Below, piece by piece: positions 1 through 13,674 of a stretch of DNA of 64,000 nucleotides. Below the pieces are notes generated by a model that was not told the DNA's origin, ran no database searches, and saw only the letters and a program-made list of their open reading frames with translations. This stretch comes from the human T2T-CHM13v2.0 reference genome, Homo sapiens. Both the position numbers and the translations under genes were made by a program. Within the stretch, counting starts at the first letter, position 1. Every line of letters starts with the position of its first letter. The stretch is from assembly GCF_009914755.1 (NCBI RefSeq), contig NC_060928.1, one strand, 5' to 3'.

Positions 1-647
1 CCTAATCCCTGAAACCTGTGAATACGTTATGCTACATAGCAAAGGGGTTTTGAAAGTAGAATTAAGGTTAAGAACCTTAGGAGAGGGAGATTACTCTCTG
101 TTGTCTAGGTTGGTTCCACCTAATTACATGAGCCATTAAAAGCAGATAACTTTCTCCAAATGGAGACCTATGAGAGTGGTGGCAGAAGTCAGAGAGATGT
201 GTTAGGAAGAAAAGGCAAAGAAATTCCAAGTGTGAGAAGGATTTGAAGCAACACTGCAGGCTCTGAGATGTAGGTATTCATACACAGTGAGAGGTCATAA
301 CAATGATGGGGATCCAGGAGCTAAGGGCCAACTTTAACGGCCAGCAAGGAAATGGGGACTTCAGTCATGAAACCACAAGAAACTGGATTCCAACAACAAC
401 TGAAGTTGTTATTTCCAAATTCCATATGAATATGGTATTTGGAACCATATTCTTTGCAGAGTCTTTCAATAAAAATCCAGCCCAGCTGGCTGACACCTTG
501 ATTTCAGCCTTATGAAACCTAGAGCACAGGAAACAGCCAGGTCAACTTAGACTTCTGACCTATAAAACTATGAGATAACTAATGTATATTCTTTTGAGAA
601 ACCAAATTTGGTATGATTTGTTACAGCAGTAACACAAAACTAATATA
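1..647 (+). mobile_element. MLT1-family (MLT1E/F-like) MaLR solo LTR, cut by the window edge
   Basis: Typical MLT1 blocks: cctaatccctgaaacctgtgaatacgtta, gctgacaccttgatttcagcc, gacttctgacctataaaactatgagataa, and 3' end tttgttacagcagtaacacaaaactaata. Confidence 0.75.
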
Positions 648-699
648 TACCATGAACTATGGCATCACTTGAGTATAAAGACCAAAGAGAGAAGTGAAG

Positions 700-1670
700 A
701 ATCAGACCATGGAAGAAGGAATTGAGATGATGTAACTTTTTGACTTGAGATTTTATCTTGTGTTTAAATGTTATTCTGTAGCTGCTGAGGAGCTATCAAA
801 TGATTTTAAGTTGCGAGTTGATATAATCATGTTAGGATGACCACTAGGGGCAGTGGAGGAGAAGACAGGATAGAGGGATGTGACTAGAGAATGTGAAATT
901 GACACAAGGAATTTTGTAAAGCTCCAGTCATAATATGATAAATACTTAGACAAGAACAAGGACAGTGGCCAAAGAATAAATTGAAACAGAATGATAAATT
1001 ATTAGGATGTACACTTATAAGATTATGTGATTCAATAGGTGTGAGGATTACTGAGTATGAAGATAATTCTAGTTCTTAGATTTACATCTTATCATATTGG
1101 GTAGATAATATGGATTTACTGAGATATGGCAGACAGCAAGATTGGAATAGGATAGAGATGGGTGGCAGAGATGATGAATTAATTTTTTTACACATTAATA
1201 TTAAGTGACTTTGGATCACTGGAAAATAACTGGTAAGAAGTGTGTATTCATTAGTGAGCTCTATAGTTGTGCAAGTTACAGAACTGGGCAGTCACATGCT
1301 GAGACAAGTAATTCAGTTTCAATTTTGTCTTGAGACAGTGGGATATAAATAGTATTTTAGTCAATGCTTATGATAAATTTGTCATGGTATTAAAGAAAGT
1401 ATGTGAGTATTTTAGAGGCATAAAAGAGAAGTCTTAAAAGATCTAATGCAGCACAACCTGGCTGTCCAATGTATATCAAGAAGGGAAAGTTGTAAAAAAG
1501 AAAAGAATGTTTAGAGATGTCAAATTTCTCAGACAGGTCAGTTAAGAGGCACACTGAAAAAATTCGCAAGGATTTAGCAATGTGCTGTGAGTCATGTATC
1601 TCTGTCATGTTTTTTTTTTTTCCATTAGGATTTAGAGGGATACCAGGTCTAATCTGGTGATATTCCATGG
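700..1670 (-). mobile_element. Highly diverged L2 LINE fragments
   Basis: Purine-rich L2-like blocks such as gagatgatgaattaatttt and gtcaaatttctcagacaggtcagttaagaggcacactgaaaa. Confidence 0.45.
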
Positions 1671-2179
1671 ACTGAGGAAAGATAGGATACCTTTTTCCTA
1701 TTATTACAGTTCATGGAGAAAATGAGCATATGTCAGAAACAAAGTCCTGAAATGTAAGCCAATAAATATTAAGTTCAGGGAAGATAGTTCAATATGAGGG
1801 TATCTCTGAGTAAAATATACGATTCAAGGATACATACAGACCTTGAGCAAGATTTTTAAAAAAAACAACAATCCAAAAAATACTAAGCATAAAAAAAGTA
1901 AATCTTTTAAAATTCATGGAGTCATGTGCAGGAAGCATGGAAGTTTTTAAATGAAATTTCCACATCAGTTTGGGTCTTCATGTTGGAAGGATGAATAAGG
2001 GATGTGATTCATCATGCAAAACCTTTGAGGGTGATAGTGGAACAGACATTTGTTATTGTGCTATTTGGCATCAAGGCTTCAGCAATTTTGTTAATTAAAA
2101 TAAATAATATGAATAGCATGACTTTCTAATAAAGCAGATGAGAAACCTGAAAAAAAATGCTATCATGTTAGCTGAGTTT

Positions 2180-2395
2180 ATTACTGAGGGTTCTCTAGAG
2201 TAACATAACAAATAGGATGGATGGATGGATGACAGATCAAAGATAGATAGATAGATACATAGATACATAGATAGATAAAAATTTATTTTAAGCAATTGGC
2301 TAACAATTGAGGGGGCTGGTAGGTCTATACAGCAGGCCAGCAGGCTAGAAACTCAAATAGGATTTAGGTGTTATGGTCTTGAGGCAGAGATGGAT
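2180..2395 (-). mobile_element. MLT2-family (ERV-L) LTR fragment with internal (GGAT)/(GATA)n
   Basis: gggttctctagagtaacataacaaatagga...(gata)n...tttattttaagcaattggct...caggccagcaggctagaaactca. Confidence 0.6.
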
Positions 2396-3295
2396 GTTTT
2401 TAAACAGTGTCTAATTTATCATATTTGTTCAAAAAAGAGAAAGACCACTGAAACTGTTCAATAACCATAACAGAAACTGAAACACTTTTAAAATAAATTA
2501 GTATACAAAGGATGCTGAACTTATGATACCATCCCTTTAAGAGTACTACTCATAACCCCCTTAAAATGTGATACTTTATTTCCTTCATGGCAAAAGGGAG
2601 ATGTGCCTTGTGTATAATCAATGAACTAGCTGGCCCTGAGAGCCAATATGATTATAAATTTAAGTCAGCAGAAAGAGGTTAAAGGTCTTGATGAACAGAA
2701 AAAAGTATTGTTTTATTTGTTTGCTTTACTTCCTATTGGTTGGTATTCACAAGATGCCATGAAGTTGAAGGTCATACTCATTATTTTAGATGTTTATAAA
2801 TATTACTCCATTTCAGTAATCCACAAATGCCCTCAATAATTTTGTGGTTCATTTAGCCGTGAACTTGGATACAATGCTTTTTAGACCAAATTACCCTAAC
2901 AGAATTTTTAGTAGCTCAACCATTAATTTTAATGCCCATTAAACTTTGGAATTATGTCAAGAATGTTATCAAGTATACTCAACAATAATATATAATCAAT
3001 AAATTCAAGTAGCTATTAGGTAAGCCTTTTCTTTATAAAATATAAATTCTTATTTTTTATTAAAAGCACATCTAAATTTCTCAAGTAAACCAAAATATAC
3101 TTAAATGCGTGAACTTCATTAATAAATAAAACAAATGAACAAATAATTTCAATTAAATGTGGTCTTTGGAACTTTCAAGAAATAACTTATAAGTCAGCTA
3201 AAAGCAACAGTCTATGAGATGGCATTTCCCTGTATATAGAAAATTATAGAAACTTCATGAAATATACATTGATAATTTTTTAAAGGAAAGATGCT

Positions 3296-3574
3296 GGGCT
3301 GGGTGTGGTGGCTCCTATCTGTAATTCAAGCACTTTGGGAGGCTGAGGTGGGAGGATTGCTTGAGACCAGGAATTCTAGGTAACAAAATGAGACTCCGTC
3401 TCTACAAAAAGTATGGTGGTTCATACCTGTAGTCTTGGTTACTTAGGGAGGCTGATGGAGGAGGATATCTTGAGTCCAGGAGGTCAACGCTGCTGAAATG
3501 AGCTGTGTTCACACCATTGCATTCAAGCCTGGGCAACAGAAAGAGACCCTGTTTCAAAAACAATTAAAAAAAAA
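3296..3574 (+). mobile_element. Alu (AluJ-like)
   Basis: Dimeric Alu, diverged, A-tail; flanked by aaagatgct/aaatatgct (probable TSD). Confidence 0.92.
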
Positions 3575-4089
3575 TATGCTCAATGTCAAATCCAGTGCAT
3601 ATTATTATAATGAAAACATATGTTTCTTCAATCAGGTTTAAAGTGAACAATTCTAATAGACTCCGTGAAAACGTACGTGTTATATCCCAGTAATTTCTTT
3701 TATAATGACAAGTCAACAATTTTTCTTCATTCTAATTGAAGCACATGTAAACAGTATATATTTTAGGACATTGTTATGCAATTTCCAGATTGAATCTGCC
3801 ATTGATAACAACTGAATTTACCCATATTCATAGCGTACAGCTAAATATAGCATTGCCTCTGCATTTATGAGCTATCTATTATAAACTAAATACTGAAAAA
3901 ACTGCTAATAGAAAGTGAAACAATGGTGTTACTGAGTAATAGGTCAATAATCAAAGTGTAATTCTCAAGAAATAGACAGACATTGTTACATTCCTAATAA
4001 AAATTCAATATGTTTATTATTGAATTTTTGCCCACAAAAATCACTTGACATTTAAAAACTGTTACCTGTATACCCTAATAACTTTTGTC

Positions 4090-4399
4090 TTTTTCCTTTC
4101 CTTTTTTCTTGAGATAGGGTCTTATTCTTTCTCCCAGGCTAGGTGCTGTGGCATGATCTCGGCTCACTGCAACCTCTGCCTCCAGGACTCAAGCGATCCT
4201 CCTGCCTCAGCCTCCCAAATCGCTGGGATCACAGGAGTGAGTTACCACTCCCAGCTACTTAATTTTTTTTTTTAATTTTCCGTAGAGATGGAGTTTTGCT
4301 ATGTTGCCAGTCTGATCTCAAACTCTTGAGTTCAAGCGATCCACCTGCCTCAACCTCTCAAAGTGCTGGGATTACAGGCATGAGCCACCATGCCCAGTC
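4090..4399 (-). mobile_element. Alu (AluJ-like)
   Basis: Reverse Alu: T-rich tail, ctcactgcaacctctgcctcc, caaagtgctgggattacaggcatgagccacc. Confidence 0.93.
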
Positions 4400-4899
4400 T
4401 CCCAATAATTTTGAAGATGATATATTTTGATTCTAAATGGTAATACAGAGAAAGATGCATCTGTACATATAACAATCACCAAAAACATCTTTACTAATAA
4501 ATACTTCTAACAACTGATAATGCAATGATTATTTCAAAATTTATATTTGAGTTCATGATCTGAACTCTTCTGGTAATGTTCAAATTAAGGGAAGTTTTTA
4601 AAGAGCTTTGTCTTTTAGAATACCTGTTTATCCTATTAATCCATCTAAAACTGTTGTTTCTTGGGATTTTAAATATTTTGCTGAATTTTTTTCTGGTGAG
4701 CTTCTGTACATTTAAATTTTTCATTGTAAAAGAAGAGTGTTGCTGTGGGCCTTGTAATAGACAATCCATGATTGAAGTCATTATCATCTGTTCTATGGCC
4801 AAGCAAATTTCTCACAAAGAAGTGAATTTGAGCTGGAGCAAGACTGAGGGTTTGATCCTTTACCTCCTTATTACTCTATTGAAGCTCTAAAAGTGTGGT

Positions 4900-5385
4900 T
4901 ATGGTTATAGGTTCAATTGTTTCTCAAAAAAAATGTTGAAATCCTAACCCTCAATACCTCAGAATATGACCTTATTCGGCAATAGGGCATTACAGACATA
5001 ATTAGTTAAGATGAAGTCATATTGGAATAGGGTGGACCTCTAATCCAGTGACTGGTATCCTTACAAGTAGATGGCTACACGAAGATACAGGAACACAGAG
5101 AGAATGCCAAGTAAAGATAGGGTCAGATGGAGAGATGCATCTATAAGCCAAAGAACATCGAAAATTTCCAGTCCTAACTTAAAGCTAGTAGAGACGCATG
5201 GAACACTCTCTCAGGGATCTCAGAAGGAACTAATTATGACAAAACCTTGATTTCAGAATTCTAGCCTCCTGAACGGTGGAATAACATACAAATTGATTTG
5301 GGAGGTGGATAAACTTCTTATATTTTTTAAGCAACCTGGTTTGTGGTACTTTGTTATTGCAACCCTAGTAAATTAATGCAGTTAA
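4900..5385 (+). mobile_element. MLT1B/C-like MaLR solo LTR
   Basis: gttgaaatcctaaccctcaatacctcagaatatgaccttatt...accttgatttcagaattctagcctcc...gtggtactttgttattgcaaccctagtaaattaatgca. Confidence 0.8.
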
Positions 5386-5559
5386 TACAGCTAAAGATGG
5401 TTATTTTGGTAGGATCATGTGAGTGGACTATGAGAAGGTCTGGGATACATCATCTTAAGAAAATGTCTATGTATTCTTTTGTTAAAATTATTTCCTTTAA
5501 AGAAAATTTTCCCTCCCTACTCCTTGTCTTGTTTTCTAAAAAACTCAGGATAAGGTGGG

Positions 5560-5635
5560 AGGAAAAAGAAAGAAAAAAAAGAACGAAAGAAAGGGAAAAA
5601 GGAAGGAAGAAAGGAAGGAAGGAAGGAAGAAAAAT
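5560..5635. repeat. A/G-rich simple repeat (GAAA/GGAA)n
   Basis: gaaaaagaaagaaaaaaaagaacgaaagaaagggaaaaaggaaggaagaaaggaaggaaggaagg. Confidence 0.9.
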
Positions 5636-5915
5636 GCTAGGAATATTGTTGCATGCCTGTAGTCCCAATTTTGGGAGGCCTATGTGGGAGGATTTCTTGA
5701 AGTCAGGAGTTCAAGACAAGCCTGGGTAATATGGCAATATCCTAGATTTAAAAAAATTAAAAATTAGCTTGGTTTGATGGCAAATGCCTGTAGTCTCAAC
5801 CACTCTGGAGACTGACGTGGGAGGATGACTTGAGCCCAGAAGATTGAGGCTGCAGTGAGCCATGATCACACCACTCCCTCCAGCCTGGATGAAAGAGTGA
5901 GACCCTGTTCAGGGA
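5636..5915 (+). mobile_element. Alu (AluJ-like)
   Basis: Diverged dimeric Alu (gcatgcctgtagtccc...ggctgcagtgagccatgatcacacc). Confidence 0.9.
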
Positions 5916-6169
5916 AGAAAATACCAAAATACTAAAAACCTCAGGAGCCATCTTAAACTGTATATTAATTGGACAAAAATGTTTGTTTAATGTAGCATTG
6001 TTTATGAGTACATTTAAGAGCATAATGTATATGAGAAATTAACTGAAACCACTTGGTTTCATAAGAACTTCTGGGAACAATAAATCAAATACAAATATGT
6101 TATAAATATACATGAGTATTATTTTTACATGTTCTAATAAGATATTCTAAAGGGTACCTTAAAAAGATG

Positions 6170-7725
<1,556 letters not shown>

Positions 7726-7915
7726 GTATTTATCCACATATATTTAGTGCAAACCTAAATTATTAGAAAATCGTGTCCAAAATTACTAAAATTATTGGAT
7801 AATTTGAGAATTTAAAGTATTAAATTCTACATAAATAATGTAATAAATTCTACACATACAATGTGACCCCTTGTGTTCTTTGAATCTATGTAGTTCAGTC
7901 ATGCTCCAAAATATA

Positions 7916-8280
<365 letters not shown>

Positions 8281-9604
8281 CAAACACACATACATATTTC
8301 ACTTAATCTGTTTATTTCAAAAGTTTTAGGGAATGTATTTTTTCCTTATATTCATTGTTGAGTGGAGAGGCATTTCTTGGTCAGAAACTTATACAGTAAT
8401 TATATGTGGATTCTATTCTATCCTCCAATTACTAATCTATGAGAAACAAACAAAAAACTCTCTTGTTTTCAGCTGAAACACAAGGTGATACAAATATTTT
8501 ATTTTCGGTGACTCAACATACAAATTGAGTTGGGAGGTGACTTGATGGAACTTTTCTTCTGCTTGATTACTTTTCTGTGTTTGATGAATCTACTGTGCTG
8601 ATGACTGTATTTCTAAATTCAATTTTGATTTGGTCAGCTTCATATGTAACTATGTTTAGTCTCAATGCTGTAGCATTTGATCCATTACTTTGCAGAGATT
8701 TACACTGATATTTCAATATCTGTCATTACTGAAATTTCCTCTTCTTTCAGGAAAGTGTTCTGTCAGTCCAGGATAAGTCCAGAGTATTAGAGTCAATTCA
8801 GGTCAATGAAGTAATGAGCTAACAGGCCCAGTGTATCTGTTTTTAGGCACAGACACACAAATGACTGGGCCCCTTTTCTAACACATTAAAAGGTTCTCCA
8901 ACGTTCTAGTTTCTCCTACAACTCTTGACTCTCCAAATTAGGGAGTTATAGATTCTTGACTCTATTTCTATATTACCTCTTAATATATGACAACTTTTTG
9001 TCAATAAATATATCTTCATTATTTCTAATAGGAATGTTTCACATTATGTAGTACTATATTCAGGTTTCTTCCAATGGATTTCATCACCCTTGTCTTTTAA
9101 ACACGCTTGGTCATTTTTATTTGTATATGTGTTTATTTAGATGTTTTCAAGATGAGCGATGCAAAACACCTATGTACATGCCATTCTCTTTTCAAATCAC
9201 ATAAATTAAATTTTCATTTTCCCATTTGAAAAAATACGTGAACCTGTGAAAATACAACTGTATCCAAACATGGAGAAATTCCTCTGACCAAAAGTAAAAT
9301 TTTGAATAGTGTATAAATTGTATGCATACTATATTGTAAAACTAAGTACAATATGCAGAGGGAAAAAAAGAACACTAAAAGCATATGTTACCAATGCTGC
9401 TAGAATAATAAAACACTTTATTTTCTTTCTAAACTTTCTGGATACTATTTGCTGATTTTTACTATAAAAATTGAAGAGTTTGAACAGAAAAAATACGTTA
9501 GTGCTACTATTTAATATTATAGAATACATCCTATTTATTAAGTATTGTAATAGAATTTCATCTAAATTTTGCTAATTAAACATTAAAAACAATTCATTAA
9601 GGTA

Positions 9605-9650
9605 GTCCTTATCTACTTTTTTTAGATGAGGTCACCAAGATTCAGGGATA
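9605..9650 (+). mobile_element. MIR fragment (probably continues at about 13500-13568)
   Basis: ttatctactttttttagatgaggtcaccaagattcaggga resembles the MIR core (attttacagatgaggaaactgaggctcagaga). Confidence 0.5.
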
Positions 9651-9938
9651 CAGTTTGAACATCCTTAATCAAAAAATCTGAAATCAAAAATGTTCTAAAT
9701 TCTGAAATTTTCATAGTGCAAATATGACACCACAAATGGAAAATTCCACTCCTGTCTTCATGTGATGGGCTATAATCAAAACACAGGTGCACAACATAGT
9801 TTGTTCAGCATCCTCAAGAGAAAAAAGACTCTCCTAGCTTCCTCCAGCTGTAATACGTATTTTCCAAACAGGCCCACACACTTCCAGGTTTCCCCATGCA
9901 AGCGGGCCCACAAAGCATAATAAAATAGTACATATGTA
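9651..9938 (+). mobile_element. Tigger4 (Zombi/MER46) DNA transposon, left-end fragment
   Basis: TA followed by TIR-like cagtttgaacatccttaatcaaaaaatctgaaatc, then atgacaccacaaatggaaaattccac. Confidence 0.75.
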
Positions 9939-10019
9939 CACTGATGGATCTTTGACTCTTCATCCCGTTTGCCACTCTGTATCTTTTAATTGGGGCATTT
10001 AGTCCATTTGCATTTAAAA

Positions 10020-10253
10020 TGTATATACATATACATATATATGTATATGTATATACGTATATATGTATATGTATATACGTATACATGTATACGTATATAC
10101 ATGTATACGTATATACATGTATACGTATATACATGTATACGTATATACATGTATACGTATATACATGTATATACGTATATACATGTATACGTATATACAT
10201 GTATACGTATATACATGTATACGTATATACATGTATATGTATATATATATATA
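10020..10253. repeat. Alternating purine-pyrimidine minisatellite (CATGTATACGTATATA)n
   Basis: 16-bp unit repeated with minor variants; abuts the Alu poly-T. Confidence 0.95.
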
Positions 10254-10512
10254 TTTTTTTTTTTTTGAGAAAGAGTCCGGCTCTGTCGCCCAGGCTGGAG
10301 TGCAGTGGAGTGATCTCAGCTCACAGCAAGCTCCGCCTCCTGGGTTCACGTCATTCTCCTGCCCCAGCCTCCAGAGTAGCTGGGACTACAGGGGCCTGCC
10401 ACTGAGCCCAGCTAATGTTTTTTTGTATTTTTAGTAGAGATGAGGTTTCACCATGTTAGCCAGGATGGTCTCGATCTCCTGGCCTCGTGATCCTCCTGCC
10501 TCAGCCTCCCAA
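10254..10512 (-). mobile_element. AluY-like, 5'-truncated, inserted in L1
   Basis: Y diagnostics: caagctccgcctcc, ttcacgtcattctcc, gttagccaggatggtctcgatctcc; taaaat repeated on both sides of minisatellite+Alu. Confidence 0.92.
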
Positions 10513-12262
10513 ATAAAATTGATATTGTTATGTGTGAATTTGATCTTGTTTTCATGATTGTAGTTGGTTATTTTGCAGACTTATTTATGTATTTGCTTCA
10601 TACTGTCACTGGTCTGTGTACAACAGTGTGTTTTTTTCTAGTGGCTGGTAACAATTTTTCCTTTCCATATTTAGTGCTTCCTTCAGGAGCTCTTGCAAGG
10701 CAGGCCTGGTTGTGACAAATTCTCTCTGCATTGGTTTGTCTGAAAAAGATTTTATTTCTCCTTCAATTATGAAGCTTAGTTTTTAGATGGAAATAAATTT
10801 CTAGGTTGAAAATTACTCTCTTTAAAAATATTGAAAATTGGCCCCAAATTTCTTCTGGCTTGTAGGTTTTCTGCTAAGAGGTCTGCTGTTAGTCTAACGG
10901 GCTTCCCTTTTTAGGTGACCGGCCCTTCTCTCTGGCTGCCCTTAACATTTTTTCCTTAATTTCAACCTTGGAGAATCTGATGATTATGTGTCTTGTGGTT
11001 GATCTTCTCATGGGGTATTTTACTGGGGTTCTCTAGATTTCCTGAATTTGAATGTTGGCTGTCTTGCTAGGTTGGGGAAGTTCTCCTGGATGCTATCCTA
11101 AGTGTCTTTTCCAACTTTTTTTCTGTTCTCCCCATCTCTTTTAGGTACACCTAATGTATGTTTGATCTTTTAACATAATCTCATAGTTCTCTAAGGTTTT
11201 GTTCATTTCTTTTTATTCTTTTTTTCTCTATTCTTATCTCCCTGCCTTATTTCAGCAAGATAGTCTTCAAGCTCTGATATCCTTTCTTCCACTTGGTCTA
11301 TTCAGCTATTGATAATTGTGTTTGCATTATGAAGTCCTCATATTGTGTTTTTCAGCTTCATAAGATCATTTATGTTCCTCTCTAAACCGGCTATTATGGT
11401 TAACAGCTCCTGTAATGTTTTATGATGGTTCTAAGCTTCTTTGCAGTGAGTTAGAACAGAATCCTTTAGCTCAGCAAAGTTTGTTATTACCCATCTTCTG
11501 AAGCTTACTTCTATCAGTTCATCCATCTCAACCTCAGCCCAGTTCTGTGCCCTTTCTGGAGGCCTGTTGTGATCATTTGGAGAAGAGGCACTCTGACTTT
11601 TTGAGCTTTCAGCATTTTTGAGTTGTTTCTTTCTCATTTTCATGGATTTATCTACCTTTGATCTTGGATGGGTTTTTTGGGGGGTCTTTTTTGTTGATGC
11701 TATTGATTTCTGTTTGTTTTTCTTTCAATAGTCAGGCCCCTCTTCTGTAGGTCTGCCACGGTTTGTTTGGGGCCCATTCCAGACCCTATTCACCTGGGTT
11801 CCTCCCGTCCCTGGAGATATCACGATTGGAGGCTGCAGACCAGCAAAGATGGCAGCCTGCTCCTTCCTCTAGGAGCTCTGTCCCAGAGGGGCACTGACCT
11901 AATGCTAACGGGAACGCTCCTATATGAGGTGTCTGAACTCTTGTTGGGAGGTCTCAGTCAGGAGGAGCAGTTCAGAGACTCGCTTAAATAAGCAGTCTGT
12001 CTGCCCCTTGGCAGGGCGGGTGTGCTGTGCTTGGGGAAATAATTCTCCTCCTCTGGACTGCCCTAACTCTCCAGAGCCAGCAGGAAGAAAAGACTAAGAT
12101 GGCTGATCCACAATACCGCAGGCACCCCTCCTCCTAGAGGTTCCTCTCAGGGTTATCAGTGTTTTGTCCATAAACCCCTGGCTGAGGATGCTGAGATTCC
12201 AATGGGGAGTCCCTCCCCAGTGAGGGAGAGTGGATTCAGGTACGCTTTAGGAAGCAGTCTGA

Positions 12263-12466
12263 ACACGGTGAAACCCTGTCTTTACTAAAAATACAAAAAC
12301 AATTAGCCAGGCGCGGTGGCGGGCGCCTGTAGTCCCACCTACTCAGGAAGCTGAGGCAGGAGAATGGCGGGAACTAGGAAGGCGGAGTTTGCAGTGAGCG
12401 GAGATCACGCCACTGCACTCCAGCCTGGGCGATAAAGCCAGACTCCGTCTCAAAAAAGAAAAAAAG
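12263..12466 (+). mobile_element. AluY-like, 5'-truncated, inserted in the L1 5'UTR
   Basis: aacacggtgaaaccctgtc...ggagaatggcgg...A-tail; gaagcagtc on both sides (TSD). Confidence 0.92.
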
Positions 12467-12476
12467 AAGCAGTCCC

Positions 12477-12783
12477 GCCACAAACTGATCCAGCTGCTCT
12501 GCTGCTCTGCTGTGCTGTGCTGTGCTGTGCTGGCCACAAACTGATCCAGGTGCTGTGCGGGGCTGGGGCTGTGGCTGGGGCTGGGCTATGCTGTGCTGTG
12601 CTGTGCTGCGCTGTGCTGGCCACAAACTGATCCAGGTGCTGTGCGGGGCTGCGGCTGGGGCCGGGGCCGGGGCTGGGGCTGGGGCTGTGCTATGTTGGCC
12701 ACAAACTGATCCAGGTGCTGTGCGGGGCTGCGGCTGGGGCCGGGGCTGGGGCCGGGGCTGGGGCCGGGGCTGCGGCTGGGGCG
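12477..12783. repeat. GC-rich composite VNTR: 4 x GCCACAAACTGATCCAG with (GCTGT)n and (GGGGCT/GGGGCC)n spacers
   Basis: Anchor copies start at 12477, 12533, 12619 and 12698. Confidence 0.95.
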
Positions 12784-13568
12784 GACTCTCTAGCTCTGGA
12801 CCGCCCCATCTCGCTGGCACTGCGGGCAGGGAAAGCAGCTGACTGGAGACTGGAGCCATATTGGTGATCGCCGCCCCTCCCCCGCAGGAAGCAGGAACTC
12901 GGTCTTCTTAGGCAGTTTCTAGCTGAGTGCACTGGCAGCGGGGATTCCAAGCCAGTGGGTTTTAGCTTGTGGAGTTCCCTGGGAGCGTGGCCGCTTGGAT
13001 CGCTGGCTCAGCCCCCTCCCCACGAGAGTAGACAGATCTCCTGCCTCATGAGAGTTCCCAGAGCCAGAGTACGCAAATACTCCTGCGCCTCAGTGCCTGC
13101 TTAAAGTGGCTCCCCACCTGAGTAGCCGCTGTGATTCTCCACAGCTTTGTGCTTGCGACCCAAGGCTCCGGTAGCGTGGGCTCAGGAAGGGACCTACCGA
13201 TCCACACGTTGCAAGGATCTGTGGGAAAACCTGGTTTTCAGGGAGGGGAAGCACAACCTTCACCGTCTGCCTTTGCTGTGGGAGGACGTTCCCTTTGCCT
13301 TATGCAGCTCCTGAGTGGGACCTTGCTCCACCCTGTTTTTGCTCCCTCTCCGTTGGTCACGCCAACCACCTAATCAGCCCCAATGAGAGAACTTTGGTAC
13401 CTCAGTTGAAGATTCAGAGTTCACCCGTTGTTTCCTTCCTTCTCGGTGGGAGCCGCAGAGTGGAGCTACTGCTATTCGGCCATCTTGGCTGCCTAAATCT
13501 ATATTTGAACTTTATGCAGCTAGTGATCAACAGAACCAGTATACAAATTCAGAAATATAGGACTTCCG

Positions 13569-13660
13569 TGAGCACAGGAGTTTGAGGCTGTAGTGATCTA
13601 TGATCATGTCACTGCACTCTTGCCTGGGCAGCAGAATGAAACCCTGTCTCTAAAATAAAT
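13569..13660 (+). mobile_element. Alu 3' fragment (FRAM/AluJ-like)
   Basis: caggagtttgaggctgtagtgatctatgatcatgtcactgcactc...gaaaccctgtctctaaaa. Confidence 0.8.
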
Positions 13661-13674
13661 TTTTTTTAAAAAAT

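Larger units (their letters stand above)
9938..13495 (-). mobile_element. L1PA-type (older primate, roughly PA8-PA13) 5' part: 5'UTR, decayed ORF1, first codons of ORF2
   Basis: 5' YY1 motif (revcomp ccaagatggccgaatag) at about 13471-13487; ORF1 start MRKKQLKNAESSKSQSASSP (ORF 11431..11643); ORF2 endonuclease start [20 protein letters not shown] (ORF 9814..10200). Confidence 0.92.

Noticed and set aside
4494-4890. Overlapping 102/104-aa ORFs
   Set aside because: AT-biased composition, no recognisable domain or splice structure
9814-10434. Cluster of Y/I/V/T/C-rich ORFs (also 38555-38980 and 7792-8329)
   Set aside because: Translations of microsatellites and Alus
12477-12783. CRISPR-like repeat-spacer appearance
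   Set aside because: The spacers are low-complexity and related to each other, the repeat is only 17 bp, there are no cas genes, and the context is a primate L1
12263-12860. SVA/LAVA-type composite retrotransposon (Alu + GC-rich VNTR)
   Set aside because: No CCCTCT hexamer, SINE-R or terminal poly-A/TSD around the composite; the Alu has its own TSD and the VNTR lies outside it
12374-12950. Pro/Ala-rich ORFs as a real gene
   Set aside because: They are open because the GC-rich repeat lacks stops, and the longest runs into Alu sequence
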